Assembly: GCA_965247095.1 (NCBI GenBank)
Contig: OZ251997.1
Coordinates: 352,001-416,000, forward strand
DNA: 64,000 nt
Direction of reading: 5' to 3'
Source: Candidatus Multivorans sp.
Lineage (GTDB): Bacteria > Acidobacteriota > Thermoanaerobaculia > Multivoradales > Multivoraceae
Positions 41,552 through 51,284 of this stretch are shown piece by piece. The first letter of the stretch is position 1; the number at the start of each line of letters is the position of its first letter. The translations under genes were made by a program, and so were the position numbers. The notes beneath the pieces were generated by a model that was not told where the DNA came from, did no database searches, and saw only the letters and a list, made by a program, of their open reading frames with translations.

Positions 41552-42714
41552 GCGAACCGGCCCGGCGCCAACTCTCGCAGGCACCCTGCCAGCAGCTCGA
41601 TCCCTTCGCGGATCCTGGCGACGGAGGGGCGGGCGTAGGCCAGGCGCAGGAACGGCACGTCCTCGCCCTCTGCGTGGTAGGCAGCGCCGTAGCCATATTC
41701 GAGGCCCCGCCGCTCGCCGAGGGCAAACAGCGCTGCCCGGTCGACCTCGGGCGGCAGGCCCACCCACAGGAACATCGCGCCCGCCGGCTTGCGCCAGGTG
41801 CAGATGCCGCCGAGCTCTTCGGCGAGCGCGGCCAGCAACGCGTCGCGCTTGGGCAGCAGGGCGGCGTTGTTCCGTTCGATCTGGGCCGGCAGACGGCCGC
41901 GCAACAGCTCGGCGACGATGCTCGAGGAGAGCACACTCTGGCCGGCGTCGAAGCGCTGGTCGAGAAGTCGCTGCTGCAGCGGCGGCCTGGCTACGAAGTA
42001 GCCGATCCGGACGCCGGCGCCGAGGATCTTCGATAGCGAGCCGATGTAGATGACGCCTTGGCCTTCGGCCAGGGTGTAGAGCGATTGCGGCGGCTTTGGC
42101 GCGTCGTCGTAGTGGACGTCGGCGTAGCAGTTGTCCTCGACCAGGAGAACGTCGAACTCGCGCGCGGCCTCGATCATCTCGATCCGCCGCTCGCGCGGCA
42201 TCACCGCGCCGGTCGGGTTGTGGTAGGTCGGCAGTGTGTAGATGAACCGTGGCTTACTACCGGCCGCTTCGAGGCGTTCCAGTGTGCGGCGCAGGGCGCC
42301 TACGTCCATGCCGTTCTCGTCGGTGGGCACGCCGACGAGGCGGTAGCCGAGCCCCCGGTAGGCGCCGAGCGTGCCCGAGTACGTCGTCTCCTCCGTGATC
42401 ACGATGTCGCCCGGCTGCTCCATCAGAACCCGGCCGACCAGTGTCACTGCCTGCATCGAGCCGTTCGTCAGGGCGATTTCGTCCGGATCGAACGCCGCAC
42501 CCTCGCGGTCCGCTTCGCGCTGGGCAAGCACCTCGCGCAGACCGAGATGGCCGAGGTCGCCGGGGTAGAGGGCGAAGTCCTTCCCGATGTCGAGAATCGC
42601 CCGGCCGGCCGCCTCGGCCATCTCGGCCGCCGGGAAGGCTTCGGGCGCGGTCATGCCGACCCGCATGGGAATCGGGTCGGCCGGGGTGTCTACAGCAGGT
42701 TTGGATTCGACCAT
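41548..42714 (-). CDS. PLP-dependent class I/II aminotransferase (LysN/MocR-type)
   Basis: TNGSMQA, YHNPTG, EDNCY, GSLSKILGAGVRIG. Confidence 0.88.
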   Translation of the reverse strand: MVESKPAVDTPADPIPMRVGMTAPEAFPAAEMAEAAGRAILDIGKDFALYPGDLGHLGLREVLAQREADREGAAFDPDEIALTNGSMQAVTLVGRVLMEQPGDIVITEETTYSGTLGAYRGLGYRLVGVPTDENGMDVGALRRTLERLEAAGSKPRFIYTLPTYHNPTGAVMPRERRIEMIEAAREFDVLLVEDNCYADVHYDDAPKPPQSLYTLAEGQGVIYIGSLSKILGAGVRIGYFVARPPLQQRLLDQRFDAGQSVLSSSIVAELLRGRLPAQIERNNAALLPKRDALLAALAEELGGICTWRKPAGAMFLWVGLPPEVDRAALFALGERRGLEYGYGAAYHAEGEDVPFLRLAYARPSVARIREGIELLAGCLRELAPGRFA

Positions 42715-42814
42715 GGCGGCGGCACTGTAGCAGCGCCCGGCGGGCTGGTAACCTCTGCCGCTTCCCTCGACACCAACGGCTACGGCCCCTCAAGGGCTGC
42801 AAGGAGAACGGACA

Positions 42815-43582
42815 ATGAAGGACCTGTTCGACCTCACCGGCAAGGTGAGCGTCATCACCGGATCGACCAAGGGGATCGGCAAGGCGATCGCCGAAGCGCT
42901 AGCGGCCTTCGGCTCGAAGGTCGTCATCTCGAGCCGTAAGGCGGATGCCTGCGAGGCGGTTGCGGCCGGGATCAACGAGAGCGGCGGCGAGGCGATGGCG
43001 CACCCCTGCCACGTCGGTCACAAGGATCAGTTGGAACGCCTGGTCGCGGCAACGCGCGAGCGCTGGGGAAAGATCGACAACCTGGTCGTCAATGCCGCGG
43101 TCAACCCGTACTACGGCTCGAGTCTCGGCATTCCCGACACGGCGTTCGACAAGGTGATGGAGGTCAACATTAGGAGCGTCCACTGGCTGTGCCAGATGGT
43201 GATTCCCGAGATGCGCGAGCGCAAGGACGGCTCGATCATCATCGTGTCCTCGATCGGCGGCTTCCGCGGCAGCTCGATGCTCGGCGCCTATGCGATCTCG
43301 AAAGCCGCCGACATGCAGTTGGCGCGCAATCTGGCGGCCGAGTTCAGCCCGGACAACATCCGCGTCAACTGCGTTTGCCCCGGCCTGGTCAAGACCGACT
43401 TCGCCCGCGCGCTGTGGGAGAACCCGGAGAACAGGGCCCGGGTCGAGGCGACCACGCCGCTGCGGCGTCTGGGCGAGCCCGAGGATTGCGCCGGCATCGC
43501 CGTCTACCTCGCCTCGCGCGCCGGCTCGTGGACCACGGGCCAGAGCTTCACCGTCGACGGCGGAGTCGTAGCCTGCGGTTGA
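42815..43582 (+). CDS. SDR family oxidoreductase
   Basis: TGSTKGIG, NAAVNP, YAISK; RBS AGGAG. Confidence 0.92.
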   Translation: MKDLFDLTGKVSVITGSTKGIGKAIAEALAAFGSKVVISSRKADACEAVAAGINESGGEAMAHPCHVGHKDQLERLVAATRERWGKIDNLVVNAAVNPYYGSSLGIPDTAFDKVMEVNIRSVHWLCQMVIPEMRERKDGSIIIVSSIGGFRGSSMLGAYAISKAADMQLARNLAAEFSPDNIRVNCVCPGLVKTDFARALWENPENRARVEATTPLRRLGEPEDCAGIAVYLASRAGSWTTGQSFTVDGGVVACG

Positions 43583-43712
43583 CCGCGTTCTCCGCTGCGC
43601 TTGTCCTTCTCGGCGGCGCGGCGGCCGGACAGCCGGCCGGCGGCGGTTTTCTCAGCGTGGACGCCACAAGGGCCGGGGCAGGGACCGCCGCTGCCTGAGA
43701 GTCGCTTCCGCC

Positions 43713-44540
43713 CTATACCTTGGCCATCGGCACCGGTAACCCCGCCACCGGCGCCCTGGTCCTAAAGATCGAGCCGCTGCTCTCGGGATCGTCCTGGCTG
43801 CCGGCGGTGACCACATAGAGGTCGCGCCGGTCGCTGCCGCCGAAGCAGACGCTGGTGATGTTGTCTGCCGGCACGTCGAGGTGGCTGAGGATCCTGCCCT
43901 CGGCGTCGAGGCGGGTCACGCAGCCGCCGGCGAAGCAGGCGACCCAGAGGCAGCCCTCTTCGTCGACCGCGAGGCCGTCCGGACGACCGCGGTCGGGTGA
44001 CGCGAGAGCCCGGCGGTTCACACAGCGGCCGTCGTCGGTGATGTCGTGGGCGACGACATGGTTGCGGGCCGTATCGGCGTGGTAGAGCGTGCGGCCGTTC
44101 GGTGAGAAGCCGATGCCGTTGGTCAGGCTGATGTCGCCATAGAGTTCGGTGGCGTTGCCCACCGATTCGATCCGCCAGCACTCCCCGGGGGTCCGCTGCT
44201 GGCTGCCGGTGAACGGGCTCGTGCGCATCGTGCCGGTGATCACGCGGCCCTCGGCATCGACGAACAGGTCGTTGAAGCCGGGCGTGTCGGGCGGGTCGAA
44301 GAGGATTCGGGTGACGCCGTCACGCACATGGCAGATGTTGCGGCCCGAGCACACGATGCCGCCCTGGGCGTGGAGTGCAATGCCGCCGACGCCGCGCCGC
44401 TTGGGCACCACGGTCTCGATCTCGCCGTTCGGGCTGCGGCGGTAGACGCCGCCGTTGTGAACGTCGCTGAAATAGAGGCGATCCTCGGCGTCGACGCGAG
44501 GGCCTTCGATCAGGGTGTAGCCGGACGCCAGGAGTTCCAT
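43713..44540 (-). CDS. SMP-30/gluconolactonase family protein
   Basis: EGPR, FNDL, NGIGFSP, PDGLAVD, FGGSDRRDLYV. Confidence 0.9.
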   Translation of the reverse strand: MELLASGYTLIEGPRVDAEDRLYFSDVHNGGVYRRSPNGEIETVVPKRRGVGGIALHAQGGIVCSGRNICHVRDGVTRILFDPPDTPGFNDLFVDAEGRVITGTMRTSPFTGSQQRTPGECWRIESVGNATELYGDISLTNGIGFSPNGRTLYHADTARNHVVAHDITDDGRCVNRRALASPDRGRPDGLAVDEEGCLWVACFAGGCVTRLDAEGRILSHLDVPADNITSVCFGGSDRRDLYVVTAGSQDDPESSGSIFRTRAPVAGLPVPMAKV

Positions 44541-44561
44541 GGGGCGCGCACTTTAGCAGCG

Positions 44562-46040
44562 CTACCGCCAGCGAACCCCCAACCAGGCGGCGGGGTGGAG
44601 GAAGATCAGAACCGTGATGATCTCCAGCCGCCCGATCCACATGTTGAGCGACAGGTAGACCTTGATCGGGTCGGAGAAGTGGGCGTAGTTGCTGGACGGT
44701 CCGATGTCTCCCAGGCCCGGGCCGATGTTGCCGAGGGTGGCGATGCTGGCGGTCACCGCGGTTGGCATGTCCGTACCGGCCAGTCCGACGACGCCGACGC
44801 TCATGGCGAACAGCACGAGGTAGAGCAGGAGGAACGACACGACGGCGTGGATCACGTCGTCGGGCACTCTCCGGCCGTCCAGGCGCAGCGGCCGCACGGC
44901 CCGCGGGAAGACGGTCTGGAACAGTTCGAGCAGCGTCGACTTCGCGATCAGCCATACCCGCACCAGCTTGGGGCCTCCGGCCGCGGAGCCGCCGCAGCCG
45001 CCGCAGAACATGAGCAGCAGCAGGATGGTCTGACTCGCCTGCGCCCACAGCGCGAAATCCTCGGTCGCGAATCCGGTTGTAGTGATGATCGCGACCGCCT
45101 GGAAACCCGCGCGCCGCAGGGTGTCCTCCGACAGGGCGTCGGTCGCGATCCACTCCCACAGCGGTACTTCGTCGCTCTTGAGGGTGCAGGCCAGAAGCAG
45201 GGTCGCGGCGACGACGATCAGGAGGTAGAGCCGGAACTCCTCGCTGCGCAGCAGGGTCAGCGGGCGGCCTCGGACGGCCTGGAACTGGAAGGCGTAGTTC
45301 GCTCCGGCGAGGAGCATGAAGGCGATCACGGTCCACTCGATCAGGCTGCTGCTGTAGCCGCCGATGCTGCTCGGATGAGGAGAGAACCCTCCCGCCGACA
45401 CGGTGCTCAAGGAGTTGCAGATGGCGTCGAAGGGCGGCATGCCGAACCGGATCAGGAGGCCGGTTTCGAGAGCGGTCAGGCCGACGTAGAGCGTGTACAG
45501 GTAGAGCGCTGTGTTGCGGATGCGAGGTGTGAGACGCTCCTCCGTGGGCCCGGGTGCTTCGGCGAAGAACATCTGGCGGCCGGCGATGCGGAGCGCGGGC
45601 AGCACGGCGATGAAGAGGGCGATGATGCCCATGCTGCCCACCCACTCGCTCAGGCTGCGCCAAAGGAAGATGCCTTCGCTCACCGCGTCGAAGTCGGTGA
45701 GGATGGTGGCGCCGGTGCCGGTCAGGCCCGACATCGACTCGAAGAGCGCGTCGGCGGGGGCGAAGCCGCTCACTGAGTAGGGGATGGCGCCGATCAGCAC
45801 CAGGAAGAGCCAGGCCACGGCAACGGTCGCCAAACCTTCCATCCGCCGCATTTCGAGCCCCCGACCGGGCAGCAGCCGCGAAGCCGCTCCCAGTAGAACG
45901 GCGAGGCCCGCCGCGCCCAGAAACCCCAGCGCGCTGCGGCCGTGTCCGTAGGCGGCCTCGACCGCCGACGGCGCCAGCAGCACGACGCCGAAGAAACCGA
46001 CCAGCGCCAGGGTCGTCCGGAGAACCAGGGAAACGCGCAC
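44562..46040 (-). CDS. trkH: Trk potassium uptake membrane subunit
   Basis: FESMSGLTGTGAT, SAGGF, TTTGF, GNIGPG, WIGRLE. Confidence 0.92.
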   Translation of the reverse strand: MRVSLVLRTTLALVGFFGVVLLAPSAVEAAYGHGRSALGFLGAAGLAVLLGAASRLLPGRGLEMRRMEGLATVAVAWLFLVLIGAIPYSVSGFAPADALFESMSGLTGTGATILTDFDAVSEGIFLWRSLSEWVGSMGIIALFIAVLPALRIAGRQMFFAEAPGPTEERLTPRIRNTALYLYTLYVGLTALETGLLIRFGMPPFDAICNSLSTVSAGGFSPHPSSIGGYSSSLIEWTVIAFMLLAGANYAFQFQAVRGRPLTLLRSEEFRLYLLIVVAATLLLACTLKSDEVPLWEWIATDALSEDTLRRAGFQAVAIITTTGFATEDFALWAQASQTILLLLMFCGGCGGSAAGGPKLVRVWLIAKSTLLELFQTVFPRAVRPLRLDGRRVPDDVIHAVVSFLLLYLVLFAMSVGVVGLAGTDMPTAVTASIATLGNIGPGLGDIGPSSNYAHFSDPIKVYLSLNMWIGRLEIITVLIFLHPAAWLGVRWR

Positions 46041-46158
46041 GACCGGCGGCTTCTATGACGCTGCGCCGCGGAACGACACTGAGTGAGGTTTGCGGTGCAG
46101 CGTCATGGTGAGGTGGGGGCTGGGGCCAAACGGCGAGTCAGCGAGCGGTTTGGCGGCT

Positions 46159-47511
46159 CTAGGAGGCTTCCGGCGCGAGTTCGAAGGCCGGACCGACGGT
46201 ATCGGCGGCCTCGGCCGTGGCGACGACCAGCAGACGGTCGCCGGCTCGCACTTCGTCGCCTCCGCCGGGCACGATCGTGTTGTAGTGACGCAGGACCGCG
46301 CCGACGATGACGCCGGTCGGCATGTCCATGTCGCGCAGGCACCGAGCCTCGAAGTCCGACGGGACGGTGATTTCGACCACTTCCGCCCGACCGTCCTCGA
46401 GTGTGGCGCGGTACTCCAGGCGCGGCGCCTGGATCTGGTGCAGGACCTCGGCGATCGCGGCGGCGCGGGCGTTCAGGGTCACGTCGATGCCGACCCGCTC
46501 GAACAGTGAGCTGCTCGTGTCGTGGCTGACTCCGGTGACGACCTTCGGGATCCCGAGCTGTTTGGCGATCAGGGAGCAGAGCAGGTTCGTCTGATCGTCA
46601 CCGGCCATGGCGACCAGAGCATCGCTGCGCGCGACGCCGATTTCTTCCAGCACCTCCAAGTCCGTGCCGTCGCCGCAGAAGACGATCGCCCTGCCTACCT
46701 GTCCGGCGATGTCCTCACAACGCCGTCGCGAGACCTCGATGACCCGGACTTCGGGCCAGAGGCCTCGCGTCAATTCCTGAGCCAGGAGCCTGCCGGTGCG
46801 GCCGCCGCCGATGATCGTCACGCTGCGCACAACGGTTTCGGGCGCGGCGAAGAATCGCTTGGCCACCTGCCGTAGCGCGGTCCGCCGACCCATGAACAGG
46901 ACCTTGTCGCCGGCTTCCAGGCGGTCCTGCCCGCGCGGAACGATCAGTTCGCCGTTCCTGACCCGGCTGACGACCAGAGTGTTCCTGGGCAGGGGCGAGT
47001 TGGCCAGGGTCGGTCCGCACAGCGGGGAGTCCGCCGGCAGCCGGTACTCCATCAACCACACCCGGCCGCGGTGGAAGTTCTCCACATCGAGGGCCCGGGG
47101 CTCGAGCACGATCCGGGCGATCTCCCTGGCCAGCGACCACTGCGGCCAGATCAGGTGGTCGATGACCTCTTCGAGTGTCGTCTGCTCCGGGTCGTTGAAG
47201 CTCTCGTGGTGTTCGTCCTGTGAGATGAAGCAGTACGTCGTCGCCTTCGACCGGCCGCGGGCCGCCAGGCAGGCGATGATGTTGCGCTCGTCCGAGTCGG
47301 CGCAGGCGATGAACGTGTCCCGGTCTGAGAGACCGACATGCTTCAGCGTGGTGCGGCTGGCCGCCGGTCCGACCGTGATCTGCAGGTCGAGGTGTTCGAA
47401 CCGGCCGCGGGCGGTCTCGGTGGGCACGACGACGAAGACATCCTCCTCGCGTGCCAAGGAGGACGCGAGCAGGTACGCGATGTCCCCGCCCCCGGCGATG
47501 ACTACAGTCAC
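46159..47511 (-). CDS. trkA: Trk potassium uptake NAD-binding subunit (double RCK)
   Basis: IAGGGDIA, DERNI, IIGGGRTG, GDGTD, DQTNL. Confidence 0.9.
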   Translation of the reverse strand: MTVVIAGGGDIAYLLASSLAREEDVFVVVPTETARGRFEHLDLQITVGPAASRTTLKHVGLSDRDTFIACADSDERNIIACLAARGRSKATTYCFISQDEHHESFNDPEQTTLEEVIDHLIWPQWSLAREIARIVLEPRALDVENFHRGRVWLMEYRLPADSPLCGPTLANSPLPRNTLVVSRVRNGELIVPRGQDRLEAGDKVLFMGRRTALRQVAKRFFAAPETVVRSVTIIGGGRTGRLLAQELTRGLWPEVRVIEVSRRRCEDIAGQVGRAIVFCGDGTDLEVLEEIGVARSDALVAMAGDDQTNLLCSLIAKQLGIPKVVTGVSHDTSSSLFERVGIDVTLNARAAAIAEVLHQIQAPRLEYRATLEDGRAEVVEITVPSDFEARCLRDMDMPTGVIVGAVLRHYNTIVPGGGDEVRAGDRLLVVATAEAADTVGPAFELAPEAS

Positions 47512-47584
47512 AACCGGGACGATAGCGCGCCTGTGGCGCCTCCTAGAAGATCCGGGAGAAGCCGCTGCTCTCGCTGCTCAGCCT

Positions 47585-47948
47585 GGATCACCACGTTGTT
47601 GTAGATCGAGCCGAACGTGTACCGGAGCTGGATGCCGCCGCGGATACTCGACTGCCGCTGCCGCGCGGTAGGAGTAGTAGGCGCCCATGCCCATCCGCCA
47701 CGTGTCCGTGGTGCGTCCGGCGGCGGCGCTCGTCTGGTACGACTGCGAATCTCTGCGATCCTCGGTGCGGAAGTCGGTTTCCATGCGCAGCCGCTGTCGC
47801 AGTCGAGGAACAGGCGCAGCGCCTCCGTGCCGTCGGTCGTCTCGAGCGCGGGCGCCGGCCCGGCGAAGCTGGTGAGAGCGAACAACGCGAGGGCCGGGAA
47901 GATCGGACGCCATGGGCGGCGTTGTCGATCTCGGGCCGGCTTCGGCAC
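47585..47948 (-). pseudogene. Internally deleted remnant of a secreted/outer-membrane protein gene
   Basis: RBS GGAG + GTG47948, signal peptide, LRLFLDC..C start motif, an out-of-frame beta-strand fragment and a YTFGSIYNNVV end motif, all within about 360 bp. Confidence 0.55.
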
Positions 47949-48161
47949 GTCTCCGCCCCCGGCGCCCCGAACGTCGCTATGATGCCGGACGGACTCCCGT
48001 GAGGCTCTCGGTGTCATCGATGGTGGCCTTGGGCGCTTGCAGTGGATGTGCAAAGGGCGGCGAATGGGACGGCGGCGGAAAATACCACAACGAAAAGAGA
48101 GAGCTTCGAGCGTGAACGGCCTCCCGCGCGACGAGCCCGCTGACCTGCGGGGAGATTCCCG

Positions 48162-49025
48162 GTGAGCGTCGTCGACTCGGTCGAGTCCGGCGCCGTTCAG
48201 GCGCCCGGAACACGTCCTGCGAGCGACCTCTGGCGGCGTGTGAAGGCCCTGATCAAGTGGCCGTTCTACATGGTGTACCAGCGGCGGCTCGAGTCCAAGG
48301 TGCGGACCTGGCGGCTGCCCCGGCACATCGGGCTGATCATGGACGGCAACCGCCGCTTTGCGCGCCAGCAGGGGCTCGGCAACGTCAGCGCCGGTCACTT
48401 CCGGGGCGCCGAGAAGCTGTGGGAGGTCCTCAACTGGTGCTACGAGGCGCAGGTCTCGACGGTCACCGTGTGGAGCATGTCGCTCGACAACTTCAATCGC
48501 TCCGCGAAGGAAGTGCAGGCCCTGTTCGATCTGTTCGAGGAGAAGATCCGGGAACTCGCAAACCATGACGACGTCCACGAGAAGGGCATCCGGGTGCGCT
48601 TCCTGGGGCAGATCGATCTGCTGCCGGAGAGCCTTCAGACCGCGATCCGCGAGGCGGAGGCGGCGACCAGCGGCTACGACCGCTACCGGTTGAACATCGC
48701 GATGGCGTACGGCGGCCGGGAGGAGATCGCGAGCGCCTTCCGCAACTACCTGCTGGACAACTCGGCGGTCGGCAAGTCGCTCGACGAGGTCGCCGACGAG
48801 TTCAGCGCCTCGTCGATCGAGCGCTACCTCTACACCTCCGGCCAGCCCGAGCCCGACCTGATCCTCCGCACCAGCGGCGAGGTCCGCCTGAGCGGGTTCC
48901 TGCTCTGGCAGAGCACCTACTCCGAGTACTACTTCTGCGACACGCATTGGCCCGCTCTGCGTAAGATCGACCTCCTGCGCGCGCTGCGCTCCTACAGCAG
49001 CCGCCAGCGCCGCAGAGGACGTTGA
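48162..49025 (+). CDS. cis-prenyltransferase (UppS family)
   Basis: HIGLIMDGNRR, AYGGREEI, PDLILRTSGEVRLSGFLLWQ. Confidence 0.92.
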   Translation: MSVVDSVESGAVQAPGTRPASDLWRRVKALIKWPFYMVYQRRLESKVRTWRLPRHIGLIMDGNRRFARQQGLGNVSAGHFRGAEKLWEVLNWCYEAQVSTVTVWSMSLDNFNRSAKEVQALFDLFEEKIRELANHDDVHEKGIRVRFLGQIDLLPESLQTAIREAEAATSGYDRYRLNIAMAYGGREEIASAFRNYLLDNSAVGKSLDEVADEFSASSIERYLYTSGQPEPDLILRTSGEVRLSGFLLWQSTYSEYYFCDTHWPALRKIDLLRALRSYSSRQRRRGR

Positions 49026-49113
49026 GATTCCGGGACACGAAACAAACAGGCAGGCGCGGTACTCGCCCGATCGTGGTTGACGGTCGGGCGTCGTGTCGGC
49101 TGGGAGTTGCCAA

Positions 49114-50187
49114 GTGAACAAGACAGCGCGGAAATTCCTGATCGATCTGTTGGCCACGCCGAGCCCCTCGGGCCACGAGGAGCCGGTGCAGGAAGTCGTT
49201 CGCGCCTACGCGGGCAAGTTCGCCGACGACGTTTCGACCGACATTCATGGCAACGTGATCGCGGCCGTGAACGTCGAGGCCGGAGAGAAGCCGGACGGCC
49301 GCCGCGTGCTGTTCGCGGGCCACTGCGATCAGATCGGTCTGCTGGTCAGCTACATCGACGACAAGGGCTTCCTGTGGGTGCAGCCGATCGGCGGTTGGGA
49401 TCCGCAGCAGTTGATCGGCCAGCGGACGACCGTGTGGGCGAAGGACGGGCCGGTACCCGCGGTCATCGCCCGCAAGCCGATCCACCTGCTCGATACCGAG
49501 GAGCGGCGGCGCGCGGTCAAGATGGAGAACCTCTGGCTCGACATCGGCGCGACGGACGGCGACGACGCGAAGAGCGTGGTGCGGGTCGGCGACCCGGTGA
49601 CGCTCGATCTCGGTTTCCGGGAACTGCGCAACGGCCTGGCCAATGCTCCGAAGATGGACAACACGACCGGCCTGTGGGTGGTCATCGAGGCGCTGCGGCG
49701 GGTCGCAAAGAGGAACCCCAAGGTCGCGGTGTACGCGGTGTCGACGGTGTGCGAGGAGATCGGCCTGCGCGGTGCCCGCACCAGCACCCACGGCGTCGAC
49801 CCCGACGTCGGCATCGCGGTGGACGTGACCCACGCGACCGACTGTCCCACGATCAGCAAGCGGCAGGAGGGTGACCTGCGCCTGGGCGGCGGTCCGGTCA
49901 TCGTGCGCGGGCCCAACATGAACCCGAGGGTCAGCGATCGGCTCGAGGCGATTGCGGAAGAAGAGAAGATCCCGTTCCAGTTGGCGGCCCTCGGGCGCGC
50001 GGCGCCGAACGACGCGAACTCGATCCAGATCACCCGCGCCGGTGTCGCGACCGGACTGATCAGCGTCCCGAACCGCTACATGCACAGCGCCGTCGAGACG
50101 ATTTCCCTGGACGACATCGATCGCTCCGCCGATCTGCTGGCCGGCTTCGCGGCGTCCCTTACGCCCGACGAGTCTCTGATCCCCTGA
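49114..50187 (+). CDS. M42 family metallopeptidase
   Basis: SPSGHE, GHCDQIG, MDN, EEIGLRGA, DVT, RYMHS. Confidence 0.9.
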   Translation: MNKTARKFLIDLLATPSPSGHEEPVQEVVRAYAGKFADDVSTDIHGNVIAAVNVEAGEKPDGRRVLFAGHCDQIGLLVSYIDDKGFLWVQPIGGWDPQQLIGQRTTVWAKDGPVPAVIARKPIHLLDTEERRRAVKMENLWLDIGATDGDDAKSVVRVGDPVTLDLGFRELRNGLANAPKMDNTTGLWVVIEALRRVAKRNPKVAVYAVSTVCEEIGLRGARTSTHGVDPDVGIAVDVTHATDCPTISKRQEGDLRLGGGPVIVRGPNMNPRVSDRLEAIAEEEKIPFQLAALGRAAPNDANSIQITRAGVATGLISVPNRYMHSAVETISLDDIDRSADLLAGFAASLTPDESLIP

Positions 50188-50200
50188 TCGACGGGGTCAA

Positions 50201-50297
50201 CCTGGGAACCCGGGTGGCGCGATCCGCGCCACCCGCGAACCACTCCGAGCGCCCGTCATCGGGCGCGCGGATCGCACGCGGGCATCCTGCCCGCATC
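50201..50297 (-). repeat. Composite multi-hairpin intergenic repeat, copy B (inverted)
   Basis: Reverse complement matches 22223-22319 with 7 mismatches. Confidence 0.9.
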
Positions 50298-50367
50298 CGG
50301 CTTCCGGCTGCTAACGTCTGCCGCCACAATCACCGTCCAACGAAGCGACAAAGGGACACAGAAGGAA

Positions 50368-51141
50368 ATGCCGATGAAGAACCGTCTGCGCGACAAGATC
50401 GACAGTGGAGAGGCGGCGCTCGGCGCCTGGCTGGCCCTTCCAGACACGCACAGCGCCGAGCTGATGTCCCGTCTCGGTTTCGACTGGGCGACGATCGACA
50501 TGCAGCACGGGCTGGTCGACTACCAGCGAGCGACGGAGATGTTGCAGGCGATGACCGCCTCCGACACGACGCCGATCGTCCGCGTGCCCTGGAACGAGCC
50601 CGGGATCATCGGCAAGATGCTCGACGCCGGCGCTCACGGCATCATCATTCCGATGGTGAACAGCCGTGCCGAAGCGGAAGCCGCGGCGGCCGCCTGCCGG
50701 TACCCGCCGCGCGGAAAGCGCAGCTTCGGTCCCTTCCGCGCCGGCCTGCTCTACGGCGGGAACTACCTCGAGGAGGCGAACGAGCAGATCTACTGCATCC
50801 CGATGATCGAGACCCAGCAGGCGCTCGACAATCTGGACGACATTCTGTCCGTGCCGGGCTTCGACGGCGTCTACGTCGGCCCGAGCGACCTCAGCGTGTC
50901 GCTGGGGCTTCGGCCGGCGGCGGACCAGGAGGACGAGAAGTTCATCGCCGCTATCGACAAGATCCTCGATGGCTGCAAGCGGCACGGGCTGTTTGCCGGC
51001 GTCGCCGGCACCGTCAAGGAGGCGCCGAAGCGGATCGGGCAGGGGTTCCGGTTCGTGGAGGTGGCGCGCGACGGCGGATCGATGGCCAAGGCGGCGCTCC
51101 AGGATCTGCGCACCGTGCGGGCTTTGATGGAGGAAGGCTGA
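50368..51141 (+). CDS. HpcH/HpaI aldolase family protein
   Basis: IDMQHG, VRVPWN, LDAGA, RYPPRGKRS, MIET, GPSDLS. Confidence 0.9.
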   Translation: MPMKNRLRDKIDSGEAALGAWLALPDTHSAELMSRLGFDWATIDMQHGLVDYQRATEMLQAMTASDTTPIVRVPWNEPGIIGKMLDAGAHGIIIPMVNSRAEAEAAAAACRYPPRGKRSFGPFRAGLLYGGNYLEEANEQIYCIPMIETQQALDNLDDILSVPGFDGVYVGPSDLSVSLGLRPAADQEDEKFIAAIDKILDGCKRHGLFAGVAGTVKEAPKRIGQGFRFVEVARDGGSMAKAALQDLRTVRALMEEG

Positions 51142-51160
51142 GCCGATTCACTCGGTATCT

Positions 51161-51185
51161 GGAACGAATCGGCCCGGGCAGCGTT
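51161..51185 (+). promoter_or_regulatory. Possible ECF-sigma promoter upstream of the PDZ gene
   Basis: GGAAC-N16-CGTT; overlaps an 8-bp inverted repeat gccgattc/gaatcggc (51142-51173). Confidence 0.35.
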
Positions 51186-51284
51186 CTCACTACAGAGGCG
51201 GGCCGGCAGCGGCGTGTCGACGGGTGGAGACAGGACACTAGAATGCAGAGCGAACGCAGAGGCGAACAGGAGAAGGATCGAACC

